Below are positions 21,501 to 28,758 of a stretch of 64,000 nucleotides of DNA, piece by piece. A program made the position numbers and the translations under genes. Position 1 is the stretch's first letter; each line of letters starts with the position of its first letter. A model generated the notes under the pieces. That model had not been told where the DNA came from, did no database searches, and saw only the letters and a list, made by a program, of their open reading frames with translations. The stretch is from IMG/VR virus record IMGVR_UViG_2757320666_000001, positions 24,422 to 88,421 of that record; one strand, given 5' to 3'. This stretch comes from a virus. Its lineage: Duplodnaviria; Caudoviricetes.

Positions 21501-22381
21501 ATCAAGTAGCAAATACTGAATTAACACCAGAATATGCTCATATTACAGAAGCTGCTAAATGGTTATTACCTATAATTGGAAATGACAAATTAGTATTGGA
21601 TTATAATTTAGATGCAGCAGGAAGAACAACAAAAAATAGTAAAGATGTTACTTTAAACCCTACTCATACATTAAATGTATCAGATGATAAAGCAGCTATG
21701 ACTTTATTACATGAAGTTATTCATACTGTAACTGTCAAAGAATTAGGTAATTATTTTGATGAAGCAGGTAATTTAAAAACTGATGCTCCTAAACATGTTA
21801 CAAATCTTGTAGTAGTATTTAATGAATTTAGAAAGTTATTACAACCAGAAATTACAGCTTTAATAGAGAAAAAAGCTCTTATAGATAATGCTAAAAAAAC
21901 TGGTCAAACATTGCCTTCTAATACTGAATACACAGAAAGAGAATTAGGTTTAATCTATGCTGGTACTAATATTAAAGAATTTATCACAGTTGCTTTGACA
22001 TCTCCAATGTTTCAAGAAGAGATGAATAAAATACAATACAAAGCTACTGATAAATCTTTATGGGATAAATTATCTGATGCTATCTTAAATTTATTAAATA
22101 CTGTTTATCCAGGATTAATCAATGATAGTGTAGCTAAAGAATCCATTATGGCTTCAATGCATTTTATCAGAATGGAAAACAATTTTAGAGAAGTTGAAAG
22201 TGTAGATAATATACCTAATGATGTATATTTAGAGATGGAAAAAACTCAAGCTACTCCTACTCAATATGCTCCATTATCTGATAAAAATCAAGTTCAATTT
22301 ACAATAGGAGATAATGATTTTGCTGAAAATGATATGATTGAAAATAATTTTAGATTACCAGAAATAAAAAATTGTAACTAA
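9518..22381 (+). CDS. Giant virion-packaged DNA-dependent RNA polymerase polyprotein (crAss-like double-psi beta-barrel type) with C-terminal zincin-like motif
   Basis: 4287 aa. FRTP at ~18743-18754; catalytic GLDYDIDK (DxDxD) at 18857-18880, comparable to the DFDID motif of crAss-like vRNAPs; LLHEVIH HExxH at 21710-21724. Confidence 0.88.
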   Translation: MLPPKRKSASLDFLNQSIENKKKTFSSQVVNNQQNNTANVSQEELTSQDMSLGNVSAGTLDMMYKSSTEREREDFFNSQAKKEAEKLAKAKTLDDNGVLAELKNKVGEEKAIEFLDIDEKIKEKRKKSIDFIDDNGVNIFAPIYKLHDYFADDENKWGKTAKEEKEYNDLITYRDNKIMPVMNEVKESFKNRFKEIEEKAKKYRDAKLKDDAQIVYHKDGSVGPKASVPDRLTGYQKNTSEDNYTPYQEEINYNIAKKNYEEVIETLEDYTTGNTGFWSGFGTQSKDLKSLGLYSIAKDIKSIPIIEKQNRIVNEVTKNTDKNGNVKKGYVPSETLTDSEQAVIESIAKKQNIEARDLMHDNRLYRTGKGVATSAVMMEQMIATAPIGGPIETAVGKFVARDAIGLTLNTALQQGGKKLALKMIGGELAGGTASLAVQGLVNPMTYGGYAKDQIGNVEISHDENGKEIYLTSQAIYNKYKKDFNLKNVQIDSQINKLSKNKTEENLAKIEELQGMKDSLADELSLIQPHSKVESALFGYSEYLKEAFAERFVGEALGPLGKLAKSESTMLGRGLTKLSDSKIGKGLSAINDKFVKGRNAMNNLALGKISTQAIAHTGQMNMLDSLPGEVLEEVFTALVPTYGQDYGKQLEQLSDSEFYEDVIAQTLIMNGAMGSVGMGMRANNFRLDKKAIAKIYRNIDAATTDEDLAAHINMNTSGSLYSPLEYDAMITKLRDSGKTEQANKLEKTKFERLAAHAIRTGTITNFQETLYKVLLKPDTEISAETKLNIQLAKKRIDELKQVYDAHSEKQNFGTIFNLAEKKLANKQTIEELDKHIVENKQNAKEEIDAFITREGIKIDYSIDTLLDRQFENEEDQQKYNSFLDRLEKENLLAVENHKNATMLKDTLNSNQSILLKNYNDQVHPLYQKKMEEKKAILQDYNSIVEQIKQEGSENAEFNYQNELQETPALIESVVEKLKQKDITGENKDFINDLKEQKLQELKVKQEQVHKEKIAKSIKDLLAQRQEKIDAGEVVPENEPYITIVDEDAKEEHTSSVAGNLQTMETVFSLDDNSTTINNDPVFIADDFNDMIGNTSSFTPQQSNVAKKIVSEDVTKVKNLLNRNISFREYMSHLDEIVNNKEQLKKLFDGYVEGWKQNGFEADDYNQVYMDLFNPLASLGTNASLMAQMFEQQVPIEEANTFVELEEKVEEIKKEVAQREVTTVGYDEENIPIQKTAVNEIESKRTLTITPKLGFSSIAYVEVIENGILVRKSIGNELNHKFGDLIDFRELLNPDKHPSGSKLGVQIAPESLWSQITVSNSRNAQGTAQTITFDKWLSEKEKQNADFRNTQEFRNKVPVFYTNKEGKALAYVQDTDWYNTFNIGNPFGDSSNPNLPTQEWVNHINEGKLNAQNLRNSINNGLTEVTINKPSDGIFYEIPMTEPKITLQEANPQTVVTVQIGEDLYMGNQIFNAGKLLNKDKSGNEGKFDFNSVGHTWEVRRIGTTLNDKGELVPTYRAYPVGRVVSDEQIETARFAMAAHLALKKDASWTRHLKGTIYEMTYEKAKSIQKDVHTQMGLDIENGNEIVQFIKTFFQDNIAGDNLGQYKKGLFDENVMNNVSQHTNNKLLNNRNVKSIVHITREGVTALNQTYDTYLKNNLLTNIKSFDIDDTGKKPTYVTMIQPIITVDYKEVEKPATKNNDARQEAANVIVEQLKTSVPFSLEKHTEFLNDLGIDPNDFDESNDMIANTDKLANIFNVSGDLSITQEKNVRQFIYHKIGNKVSFGYKNKVSKEAIQNDIKSELNLHLNKIEKQVLSMLSEIKNQNNTNGALNHYVEAYNQTLKNIADIKKNYEGIYNKAFADIQKQTQLTLNEKEENDIEQDDVELSVKDYSKDSIEESGKAKASYRLRRFLSEIPVFDSKGVAQKGYLGIPLYMSFNDVYNELSKVLALGSEVKSDYNTIIAKMKQSNNAFVKSVLAKLESADQQIKNELVYNFVRHTLSSKFAMYEDTKNNGVSLKIYNTNANEATRIIAKNWKNENKSSGLYNKNQSLNVQYAQSLLDDFNKWDRQDYRKVPENDLRKWLSKLGYTFEDTSWNQIYNEGIFNAGKQNSFNVLYSQNAGGLFIPLKNWLEKAITNPADFSFDSKESIFNDLAGVTKALSLIEAKYNPTLITLSFRDSGKNISTLVPTKYVTDMVQNLKRSISEDGNNLVDDLLSLSLSENSIILDMLKNEPTFKSMFEISHTSITAFKEKGEQPYRASITDLSDIDYDMAGITGFQDRKIDKLPKGTKFEGISMRMANMLFPTMSDKTTGMYMTTAIFDFLKDGKIDGMFNLSEEGVVQGIGPTVKTLLFNQLVLPELKRIVKFHTEVKATNIKDYDKGATLFHFLPIMNTLKDSDGLNIVNKLALTGITIDEAIEKYQSTFEDAIEGVIKKEVEHKKDMWSNYLEVNKEGNSYSKMFDNNYFKEEGKNPSTDYDLAVYDFVLNNMITNSEVFKVFAGDIANYSKDKLYKEEGKSVNPFDIKDDKTYVSINKEIGVNLGKRLALLIAPGSKIANSYGEKYNQIFLEDSVDISENSEYLIKNYYGQKGLDEAQSLLDKYKKAAELLNKHEQGILSLNPVRYSAVNKTLSDIRKSLANKFPAIDAYFDIESTDAQEYSTATEHISILHRIGRISDEEFKVITNKLLTEGEKGYLTKEELKLVFQPIKPVHTGTYTNVNQDVNRVVYIKSSAFPLIPQLTAGTKLDALRLKMEELETNTGRFTRASFQTANKVGATIKTVKPFDINSLSTIKDYNADDVNANMLVLNRDNFRIQQDVPFKSDKHQDDKVSMGTQFFKLLFGDGVIDKEGFVIDGKELTGKELYQHFNKAFSDIVDSKKQELFLDLGLDTNGQIKNEQNFVKNLQDLLIKEATSRGYSVKSLAGLKIEKLAAAAGFYYEFKTPLWLSSDSNRYESLLNSIITNKIMKHKMPGNGFVAGSESGFRMKENLEGVDKSRIIYLDSYNGKELQGTHTSTDENGIVFHKAQVFIPSKFKNDKKELIDLFEGFNGKEGKYLTRRENGTLTLKEGMIDPALFNNFSFRTPTSSHKSGSSIEIAGILPPEVGDLMIVPKNFTKQKGLDYDIDKESAYQLNHIMTNDGKIKVLENSDIEDITRSLTNKIEEFNLENTSASAKSNFANELFRSFIAGKGSLLDEESLETLLLPQVDIVEKINRLELQLKRKLAENEFIKSHLAIFNNPNLDIQNKINSVLSIDFAKSQAEQLEKLNEAGYRNKMIAEYMAKDATLSDLKANEMYEADQLNFTMLTNSYQKSKMNLGAIGKVAIGVYANYSTFNALLQQHQGEDIYIQDDLGNPKTIQIGHFISDGKLGAIQHIEPTGLSESKLKEWREKHQRNISEAFDEKINTGTDNEKEQVLGRVGVDEFTINVDANTALRGFGKDENGNSISYLLLSQPIIKELNQRRKESKGVLGEFIKDEELINELVSKYGKDKAQYHTQGKQFVIVDNIDGSYLTGNNLLEGIKSNGKDYNTQLQTLKTYLDLEEEAKRVAKVQKVINTNMLGKSMIESQLKYEGLKKLPDNGIITNAHLLIGDYIEINTSENQNGGYMIGNYYVTPRTPQGQIVINGLHLGNTLYRDFFPYQDKSINDVVKEILKIQGKEENISDNAIIENFEEIVENIKKLIYSRKGNNVFNIDPKAKRYELFIDDENNTSLSTYLKDLSKNDDKQFKKGIKEVSQNALLKSFQYETGLGEDELSLIKYNNTATDNLDEENLYNAIPELVMANKQLPFRNGQPYSTVNLAEDLVAYSFLQGGIQKATEFAKFVPIEMLESMGQFEKDSFVPANKKLQLYNTKQNSSINLFNKVLGIKEDSMSTFTKQYFQHNPSKAPKANFKNVKNKKENSFEYNVEDKKYPTLLSVKDNKRNMPVSVSLFEHVGNGLYQKIDTLGNMGISEYEFGNDNVSSIKNLKKNVTPNIATDDNIANISKKTFKVNENTSVKDLLNQVANTELTPEYAHITEAAKWLLPIIGNDKLVLDYNLDAAGRTTKNSKDVTLNPTHTLNVSDDKAAMTLLHEVIHTVTVKELGNYFDEAGNLKTDAPKHVTNLVVVFNEFRKLLQPEITALIEKKALIDNAKKTGQTLPSNTEYTERELGLIYAGTNIKEFITVALTSPMFQEEMNKIQYKATDKSLWDKLSDAILNLLNTVYPGLINDSVAKESIMASMHFIRMENNFREVESVDNIPNDVYLEMEKTQATPTQYAPLSDKNQVQFTIGDNDFAENDMIENNFRLPEIKNCN

Positions 22382-22388
22382 TATTAAG

Positions 22389-22396
22389 TACATTTG
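22389..22396 (+). promoter_or_regulatory. Bacteroidetes-type -7 promoter element (TAnnTTTG)
   Basis: TACATTTG followed by TAAAAAATAAAATT-ATG, matching the element at 9493. Confidence 0.55.
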
Positions 22397-22410
22397 TAAA
22401 AAATAAAATT

Positions 22411-25400
22411 ATGGCTTGTACAGTAGAAATTCAAGATATTCAAGAAGAAATAAAACTTGAATTAAAAGAAAAGTTTGAATCTATAAAATTTACAAAATAT
22501 AGAGATAGATTAGCAGGTTTTATTCCTTATGATATTAATAATCCTACAGAAGCTAAAGACCCTTTGTTTGGAAGAGTACAATATCAAAAAAATAAATATA
22601 ATACTCAATATAATTCTAAATTGTATGGAGAAGTAGTATCATTTAATCAAACAAAGGAAGGGATAGAATTTAATATTCATCCTACTATAAAATTGGCAAA
22701 AGCAATGTCTAATCAAAATGAGCAAGATGCTTATAATGAAGCAAGAGCAAAAGCTGAAAAAGATTCAAGAAATGAAGGTAGAAAAATTCAGAATGAATAT
22801 GATGAAATGAGAGATTTACCTCCAACATTTTCAGAGGATGATTTTGAATATATGCCAAGTAACAGTACAAATACTCCTGTATCAAAAACTGTTATACAAC
22901 CTAACTTCAATGATGTTCTTGAACATAAAAGAAAATTACTTATCAATGTAGATAAAACTATTACAAGATTATATAATGATAAAAGATTACATGATTCAGT
23001 TGAAATAACTAAAAAAATAGCTAAATTCAATTTAATTAAAGATTCTTTAGAAAAAGATATTAAAGACTTTAATAGTAATATTGATAAAGTATCATTGATT
23101 AGAGATTTTTTTGAAAAAGATATTCAAACAATAAATGAATTACTTTCTAATCCTACATTAGATAATGTATTTTTAGCAAAAACAATGTTTGATTATTTAG
23201 AAAGAACTAAAAAATCAGAAGCAAAAGATACTGATATTTTTGCTTTAAATAGTAAACAAGAGTTTGAAAAAGAAGTTCAAGATATAATTGATTATATAGA
23301 GAAACATTTAGAGAAAACTAAAAATAGAATAAATGAAACTGTAGATGACATCTTTCTTCAACTATTGGAAAAAAATGAAGATAACTTATCTAAATTATAT
23401 CCAGGATTAACATTAGAAGAAATTAAAGAAGAACTATTAAAGAAATTACAGGATATAAATAAAATTGAATCTTACTTTTTTACTCAAGGTGCTAATTTAT
23501 TATCAGAAAATAACATTATTGACCAGTTAATTATATTGGAATATAAGAGAGAAAAACAATTTCAAAATAATAAAATTCAACCTATAATTGAAAGTATCAA
23601 TAATGGTCTTCCTGCTATTGAAGAAGAATTAAAAAGACTTGGTAAATTCTTTACATTCAGAAAGAAAACAGTATTTGATTATAATTGGTTATATAGAAAA
23701 GATAAGGTTGCTGAACCAGAGTTGATTAGTAAGTTTTCAAAAACTTATGAAAATACTATATACAATCTTCAAAAGAAATATCAAGAAGATTTATATCAAG
23801 CAAGAAGTCAGAAAGATTGGGCAGAAGTAGAAAGGTTATTAAAGAATAAATTTAATGATTTGAATGATAAGGTAGAATTTTTAAATTTTACTTTATTACA
23901 TGATATATTTGATGACCCTATTTATGATAGTTTTAAAAGAGGAACTACTCAAGAAGCTGATAATTATAAGCAAGAAATAATTGCTAAAATTGGGCAAGAA
24001 GAGTATGATAAAGCTATTGAAAATCAAAGAAATCTATTAGATAAATACTTAAATGAAGCAGGATTAATTATACAAGCAAAATTAGATGATGAAAATGTAA
24101 CTGATGAAGCTCAATTATCTGGTGCTGCAAAAGATAGTATAGAAAATTCCCTTCAAAGAATTAGCCCATTGGCTTTCCTTGATTCTTTCTATGCTGGTAA
24201 TTCTGGTATGGTAGAACTTAATTATGGTACTCAAAAAGATGAGAAACCTTCTTATATTAAATTCAATGGTTTTATACCAAAAGCACAAAATAATTTAGGA
24301 TTAGATACAGGTTTCTTTGATGAAAACTTTAAAGATATTGAGAACAATCCTATAATGTATGATTTCTGGAAAAGAATGAAATCTGGTGTGGAATTAATAA
24401 ATGAAAATCTTATTGATTCTGACTTGAAAGTAAAATACAATTCTATTTTGAGTTTTAAAGAAGGAATAACTAAACAAGTATTAGATAAGTCATTTAAAAC
24501 ACAATTAAAAGAAGCATTTAGTAAATATACTAATTTACTTGGTTTATGGAAAAGTATTTTTAGTGCAAAGAATTATAAACATAATGAATCAGAATATGTA
24601 CAACTTGCACATCAAATAAAAACAATAGAAAGTGAGGTAAGTAAAGATTTTGCATTACTTAAAACTGATGTATCTAATATAATAGGTAAGACTTTAATGG
24701 ATAATACAGTTATTCATTGGAACTCTTTATCTTTAGAACAACAAGATAAGATACTTGCTGTAACAGGAATGAAAGATTCAGTTGAGTTTTTAGATAATTT
24801 AGATTCTACTAATGGTATATTTGGAGCAGGAGATTTGAAAATATTCTCTAAAATAAAGAATATGGAGCAACAATCTTTGAACTTACCAGCAGTAATAAAA
24901 GGATTATTAGAGTTATCAGCAGACCATAAAGCAAGAGCAACATCTAAAAATGAAACAAACATTTATAGAATGAAAAGTGCTGACATTTTAACAAAAGAAA
25001 ATGGTTGGCATCAGAAAAAAGATGAAGTAAGAGAAAGTGAAATAAAAAGACAAGACTTCTTTTATGAAAAAGTTATTTTAAATAAAAATCAAAAAGACCA
25101 TCCAGGAGGAGTAAATAACATAAGTGATATATTGAGAAAATCTTTAAGTAAAGAACATTTCAATGCTCCTATTGTAGGTAAAATATTTTATAAAAATTTC
25201 AACAAAGAAGAGAAAGTAATATATGATTCAGCAATTGAGAGAATAAAACAACTTGAAAATGAAATTGCACAAACTACTTCACCTAAAAAAGTTGAACAAT
25301 TAAATATTGAAAAAGCTGCATTACATCAAAGAATAGAATTATTAGGTAAAGACTATATGATTAGTGCTTTATTTGATAATATAGTTAATAAATTAAGAGT

Positions 25401-27201
25401 AAAAGTTGGTTTAGGATATAATTTACTTGCTGGAGTAAATAACTATAAACAAGGTTTTATTACTACATTAAATAGAGATGGTGTATTTTGGCAAAGAGGT
25501 AACATTTATCCTGTTCAGCATTTTGTTGATTTAGGTTCAATAAGACATGTAAATCCTACTTATAAACAAAAATGGGAAACAGCTAAATTATTTATAGAAA
25601 AATTAGGTATTGTAGAAACAGGAACTAATGAATTACAAAAAGCAGAAGCTGAAATAAAAAACAGAGCAGGTTGGATGCAACCAATGTTTATTACTGAAAA
25701 AGTAGAATATCGAAATCAAGCAAAAGGTATTTTAGCTATGGCTATGGATGTTGAAGTAGAACATGCTACAGAAAAAAATCCTGATGGTACTCCAGCTAAA
25801 TATCCTTTATTCAATGGAAGTGATTTCATACCTTATATAAACAATAATGGTGTTTTAGAGTTAAAACCTGAATTTGATACTCCAACAAATAGAGAACACT
25901 TAATTACTATGACTTCAAAAGATATTTCTGATTGGAAGTTAAATGTTAGAGCTATGAATAATAGTATGAATGGAGATTATACTAAAGAAGGTGTTACAAG
26001 AATTAAAGGTAGCTTATTCACAAGACCATTAATGACTTTTAAAACTTGGATTCCAGAATACATAGGAGCAAGATGGAAATATCAACAAAAAAATGTTCTT
26101 ACTGGAGAAATTGAAACAGGTTTTATGTTATCAAGTTTACTTAATAAGAAAACTTCTGTTGCTGCTGGTTTAATGTTAGCAACTACAGGAGCATTAGGAA
26201 TGGTAACAGCTTCACCTATTTTGATTGCTGGTTTTGTTGCTTCTTTAGGATTTGGATTTGGTTATACTAAATATATAGCACATAAAAATAGAAATACAAC
26301 TTTAGTAGATAATACTGAACCTATTGCTATGGTACAACAAGCTATGTATTGGTTAAAAATGATTAATCCTGTAGCTTTAGCTGAAATGCCAATAAATACT
26401 ATATTTGGTAAAGAATTAATTAAACCTGTTGAGTTTAAATCAGAATTAAATCTTACTGAACAAGAAAAGAAAGATTTGAGAGCAATGGGTAGAAATATGC
26501 AACATTTAGCAATATTAATGTTAGTTAAGATAGCTATTCAAGCATTTTTAAAAGATAATGATGATGATGAACCTAAAGGAGAAGAAGGAACAGAGCAAAG
26601 AGCTAAATATGAAGCACAGAAATTAAGAAGAGCAGAAGGAAATCATACTTATAATTTTCTTGAAAATATGATTACTGGTACTTTTAATGAATCTTCATTT
26701 GGTACAGACCCTGCTGCTTTATGGAAAGCTGGTTCAGAAGGTGGTATAGAAGGACAATTAAAAAGTATAATAAAGTTGGGTGTTGCTTTATGTAGTCCTA
26801 CAGAAGAAATACAAAAAGGACCAAGACAAGGACAAAATAAATTAAGAAATGCAGCAGCATCAATGTTCATACCTGCTTTATTTAGAGATTTAGGACATGA
26901 TACTTATAGGTTTGGTTTTGAAAACTCTATGCTTACTGAATGGGATAAAGCAGAAGGTTTAGATGGTATATTTAACTCTGATTTTAAAGATGATAAGAAA
27001 GAACTAAAAGAAGCTAAACAAGCTAAAATACAAGAACTTCTTGAAGAATTTGAAACAGAAAATAATGTAGAATATGATGAATTACCAGAAGTAGAACAAG
27101 ATGTAATTGATAAAGAAATTAAAAAAGAACTTGGAGATGAATTTAAAATAGACAGAGAAAATTATGATGAAGAGCAAAATAAATCTGTAGATGAAGAATA
27201 A
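22411..27201 (+). CDS. Large virion cargo/ejection protein with putative transmembrane hairpin
   Basis: 1596 aa, mostly helical; hydrophobic segment VAAGLMLATTGALGMVTASPILIAGFVASLGFGFGYT at ~26158-26268; acidic C-terminus; last gene of the + strand block. Confidence 0.55.
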   Translation: MACTVEIQDIQEEIKLELKEKFESIKFTKYRDRLAGFIPYDINNPTEAKDPLFGRVQYQKNKYNTQYNSKLYGEVVSFNQTKEGIEFNIHPTIKLAKAMSNQNEQDAYNEARAKAEKDSRNEGRKIQNEYDEMRDLPPTFSEDDFEYMPSNSTNTPVSKTVIQPNFNDVLEHKRKLLINVDKTITRLYNDKRLHDSVEITKKIAKFNLIKDSLEKDIKDFNSNIDKVSLIRDFFEKDIQTINELLSNPTLDNVFLAKTMFDYLERTKKSEAKDTDIFALNSKQEFEKEVQDIIDYIEKHLEKTKNRINETVDDIFLQLLEKNEDNLSKLYPGLTLEEIKEELLKKLQDINKIESYFFTQGANLLSENNIIDQLIILEYKREKQFQNNKIQPIIESINNGLPAIEEELKRLGKFFTFRKKTVFDYNWLYRKDKVAEPELISKFSKTYENTIYNLQKKYQEDLYQARSQKDWAEVERLLKNKFNDLNDKVEFLNFTLLHDIFDDPIYDSFKRGTTQEADNYKQEIIAKIGQEEYDKAIENQRNLLDKYLNEAGLIIQAKLDDENVTDEAQLSGAAKDSIENSLQRISPLAFLDSFYAGNSGMVELNYGTQKDEKPSYIKFNGFIPKAQNNLGLDTGFFDENFKDIENNPIMYDFWKRMKSGVELINENLIDSDLKVKYNSILSFKEGITKQVLDKSFKTQLKEAFSKYTNLLGLWKSIFSAKNYKHNESEYVQLAHQIKTIESEVSKDFALLKTDVSNIIGKTLMDNTVIHWNSLSLEQQDKILAVTGMKDSVEFLDNLDSTNGIFGAGDLKIFSKIKNMEQQSLNLPAVIKGLLELSADHKARATSKNETNIYRMKSADILTKENGWHQKKDEVRESEIKRQDFFYEKVILNKNQKDHPGGVNNISDILRKSLSKEHFNAPIVGKIFYKNFNKEEKVIYDSAIERIKQLENEIAQTTSPKKVEQLNIEKAALHQRIELLGKDYMISALFDNIVNKLRVKVGLGYNLLAGVNNYKQGFITTLNRDGVFWQRGNIYPVQHFVDLGSIRHVNPTYKQKWETAKLFIEKLGIVETGTNELQKAEAEIKNRAGWMQPMFITEKVEYRNQAKGILAMAMDVEVEHATEKNPDGTPAKYPLFNGSDFIPYINNNGVLELKPEFDTPTNREHLITMTSKDISDWKLNVRAMNNSMNGDYTKEGVTRIKGSLFTRPLMTFKTWIPEYIGARWKYQQKNVLTGEIETGFMLSSLLNKKTSVAAGLMLATTGALGMVTASPILIAGFVASLGFGFGYTKYIAHKNRNTTLVDNTEPIAMVQQAMYWLKMINPVALAEMPINTIFGKELIKPVEFKSELNLTEQEKKDLRAMGRNMQHLAILMLVKIAIQAFLKDNDDDEPKGEEGTEQRAKYEAQKLRRAEGNHTYNFLENMITGTFNESSFGTDPAALWKAGSEGGIEGQLKSIIKLGVALCSPTEEIQKGPRQGQNKLRNAAASMFIPALFRDLGHDTYRFGFENSMLTEWDKAEGLDGIFNSDFKDDKKELKEAKQAKIQELLEEFETENNVEYDELPEVEQDVIDKEIKKELGDEFKIDRENYDEEQNKSVDEE

Positions 27202-27225
27202 AAAAAAGTAAAAGTGAGGAAATAA

Positions 27226-27275
27226 AAATGCACACATATTCCGTTTTAGTATATTTTCGGAAAATGTGTGCATTT
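27226..27275. terminator. Bidirectional intrinsic terminator between convergent gene blocks
   Basis: Inverted repeat AAATGCACACAT...ATGTGTGCATTT with inner TTCCG/CGGAA pairing, flanked by A and T runs, exactly at the strand switch. Confidence 0.75.
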
Positions 27276-27284
27276 GTTTTAAAT

Positions 27285-27476
27285 TTAATTCTTTTTTCGT
27301 AAGTAGTTATAAGTTCTAATATGTGTAACAGATTTTTCTTCTTCACATATACCACAAATTGCTTTGTGAAATGTACTACAACCTCCTTCTTCTTTTTGCT
27401 TTTCTGTTAAATATTGTACACCACATTCAAAACAGACATAATCTGACTTTCTATTTTCTACTGTATTCATACTCAA
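27285..27476 (-). CDS. Small zinc-finger protein
   Basis: 63 aa with CFECG and CGICE; ATGA overlap with the upstream ORF. Confidence 0.55.
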   Translation of the reverse strand: MSMNTVENRKSDYVCFECGVQYLTEKQKEEGGCSTFHKAICGICEEEKSVTHIRTYNYLRKKN

Positions 27477-27793
27477 TTGTTTTTAAATTCTTTACATGCT
27501 TTCATAGCTAAAGTAACATCTTTTCCTGTTACAGCACATTTATGCATAATTCTTTTATTTGGTTGAGTTTTTAATAGATATTTACAAGTTTTACATCTAT
27601 GAGTTTGACTATAATCTGTTAGTAAAGATTTTAATAATAAATCTTCATTGACAGTTAATTCAATACCTTTTTCATTTATAGAATTAAAGATATTTCTTAA
27701 ATCTATTTCAATTTCTTTATGAGGTAAACTTCTAAAAATAAAGATTATATTATGGTCTTTCAGAGAATAACACCAAATAACTTCTTCCATCAT
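27473..27793 (-). CDS. Hypothetical protein with C-terminal Cys cluster
   Basis: 106 aa; CKTCKY...CAVTG...C; 4-nt overlaps with both neighbours. Confidence 0.5.
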   Translation of the reverse strand: MMEEVIWCYSLKDHNIIFIFRSLPHKEIEIDLRNIFNSINEKGIELTVNEDLLLKSLLTDYSQTHRCKTCKYLLKTQPNKRIMHKCAVTGKDVTLAMKACKEFKNN

Positions 27794-28014
27794 TCTAAAA
27801 TTATAAAATGTTTTTTAATTTCAATTGGATTTCTAATTCTTGATTCTACATAACTAATAGAATATTCCCAACCTATATTAAACTTATCTCTTAATTGTTG
27901 CATACCATAATAATCTACCATAGTATTAATTGATTCAATACATTTATAACAAGGTCTTTCTTTATTACAAACTGTTTCATGTAAACTCATAATTAAAAAG
28001 CAATTAATTTCCAA
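27790..28014 (-). CDS. Hypothetical protein
   Basis: 74 aa with CNKERPCYKC; coupled to its neighbours. Confidence 0.45.
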   Translation of the reverse strand: MEINCFLIMSLHETVCNKERPCYKCIESINTMVDYYGMQQLRDKFNIGWEYSISYVESRIRNPIEIKKHFIILE

Positions 28015-28754
28015 GTTACACCAATCCCAATAAATACTTGTGGTTGAAAGCTGTTTCCAATTCCATAATAAACACCTGGTCCAATTGTTATTCTTTTAGT
28101 TGCTGGTTCTTTTGTACTATAAACTCTCATTTGCTTTACTTCACTATAAGGATTTAATAATACTACATCAGCAAAGGTTTTACCTTTACCTAACCCAAGA
28201 AAACCTGTTTTTTCTTTACCTATAATCAGATTTAACTCTTCTTTATAAGTAAGTTTTATTGAGGTACTATCTTTTGTAGCAATTGTGCTTCCTTTTATCC
28301 AACCTTTTAAATTGAAATTAGAAGTATATACAGGACTTTTTATAGAATCTAATGGTAATATACTATCTATTACTTTTGTTGCAACTGTAGTACCTACATT
28401 TGTTTCTGTGTTGATAATTGATATGCTACCTTGTCTATGTATTTTAGATTTATTACTTTCTACAAGTTTCTGTAATTTTTGTATAGTTGTGTCTTTTGTA
28501 GCTAAACTAATGAAATCTTTTTCCTTATCTGCTTCAAATACTGATATTTTAGCAGCATTTAAACCATCTTTTGTTTTATAAGTAGTTAAACTATCTTTCA
28601 AACTCTGATTTAATGCTACTGATATACCACCTTGTCTTTCCATTTCACATCCTCTAAATAATAATATAGCAATTACTATAATAGATATGATAATGTAAAC
28701 TTTTCTCATTGGTTTTAAATCTTTTTCAAATTCTATTTGTTCAAATGTTGTCAT
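27993..28754 (-). CDS. Membrane-anchored protein, spanin-like candidate (start may be 28709)
   Basis: N-terminal hydrophobic stretch ending LLFRGC, a coiled-coil middle, and a C-terminal amphipathic beta-hairpin ending in Phe (..VFIGIGVTWKLIAF). Confidence 0.4.
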   Translation of the reverse strand: MTTFEQIEFEKDLKPMRKVYIIISIIVIAILLFRGCEMERQGGISVALNQSLKDSLTTYKTKDGLNAAKISVFEADKEKDFISLATKDTTIQKLQKLVESNKSKIHRQGSISIINTETNVGTTVATKVIDSILPLDSIKSPVYTSNFNLKGWIKGSTIATKDSTSIKLTYKEELNLIIGKEKTGFLGLGKGKTFADVVLLNPYSEVKQMRVYSTKEPATKRITIGPGVYYGIGNSFQPQVFIGIGVTWKLIAF

Positions 28755-28758
28755 ATTT

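Noticed and set aside
3156-26870. Short opposite-strand or alternate-frame ORFs inside the virion genes (3156, 4113, 6447, 12580, 13431, 14575, 15862, 22788, 24252, 24714, 26649)
   Set aside because: They are shadow ORFs of long genes, with no motifs and antisense codon bias.
27082-27355. ORFs 27082-27273 and 27143-27355
   Set aside because: They cross the bidirectional terminator and the antisense of an acidic tail, and are F/I/L-rich artefacts.
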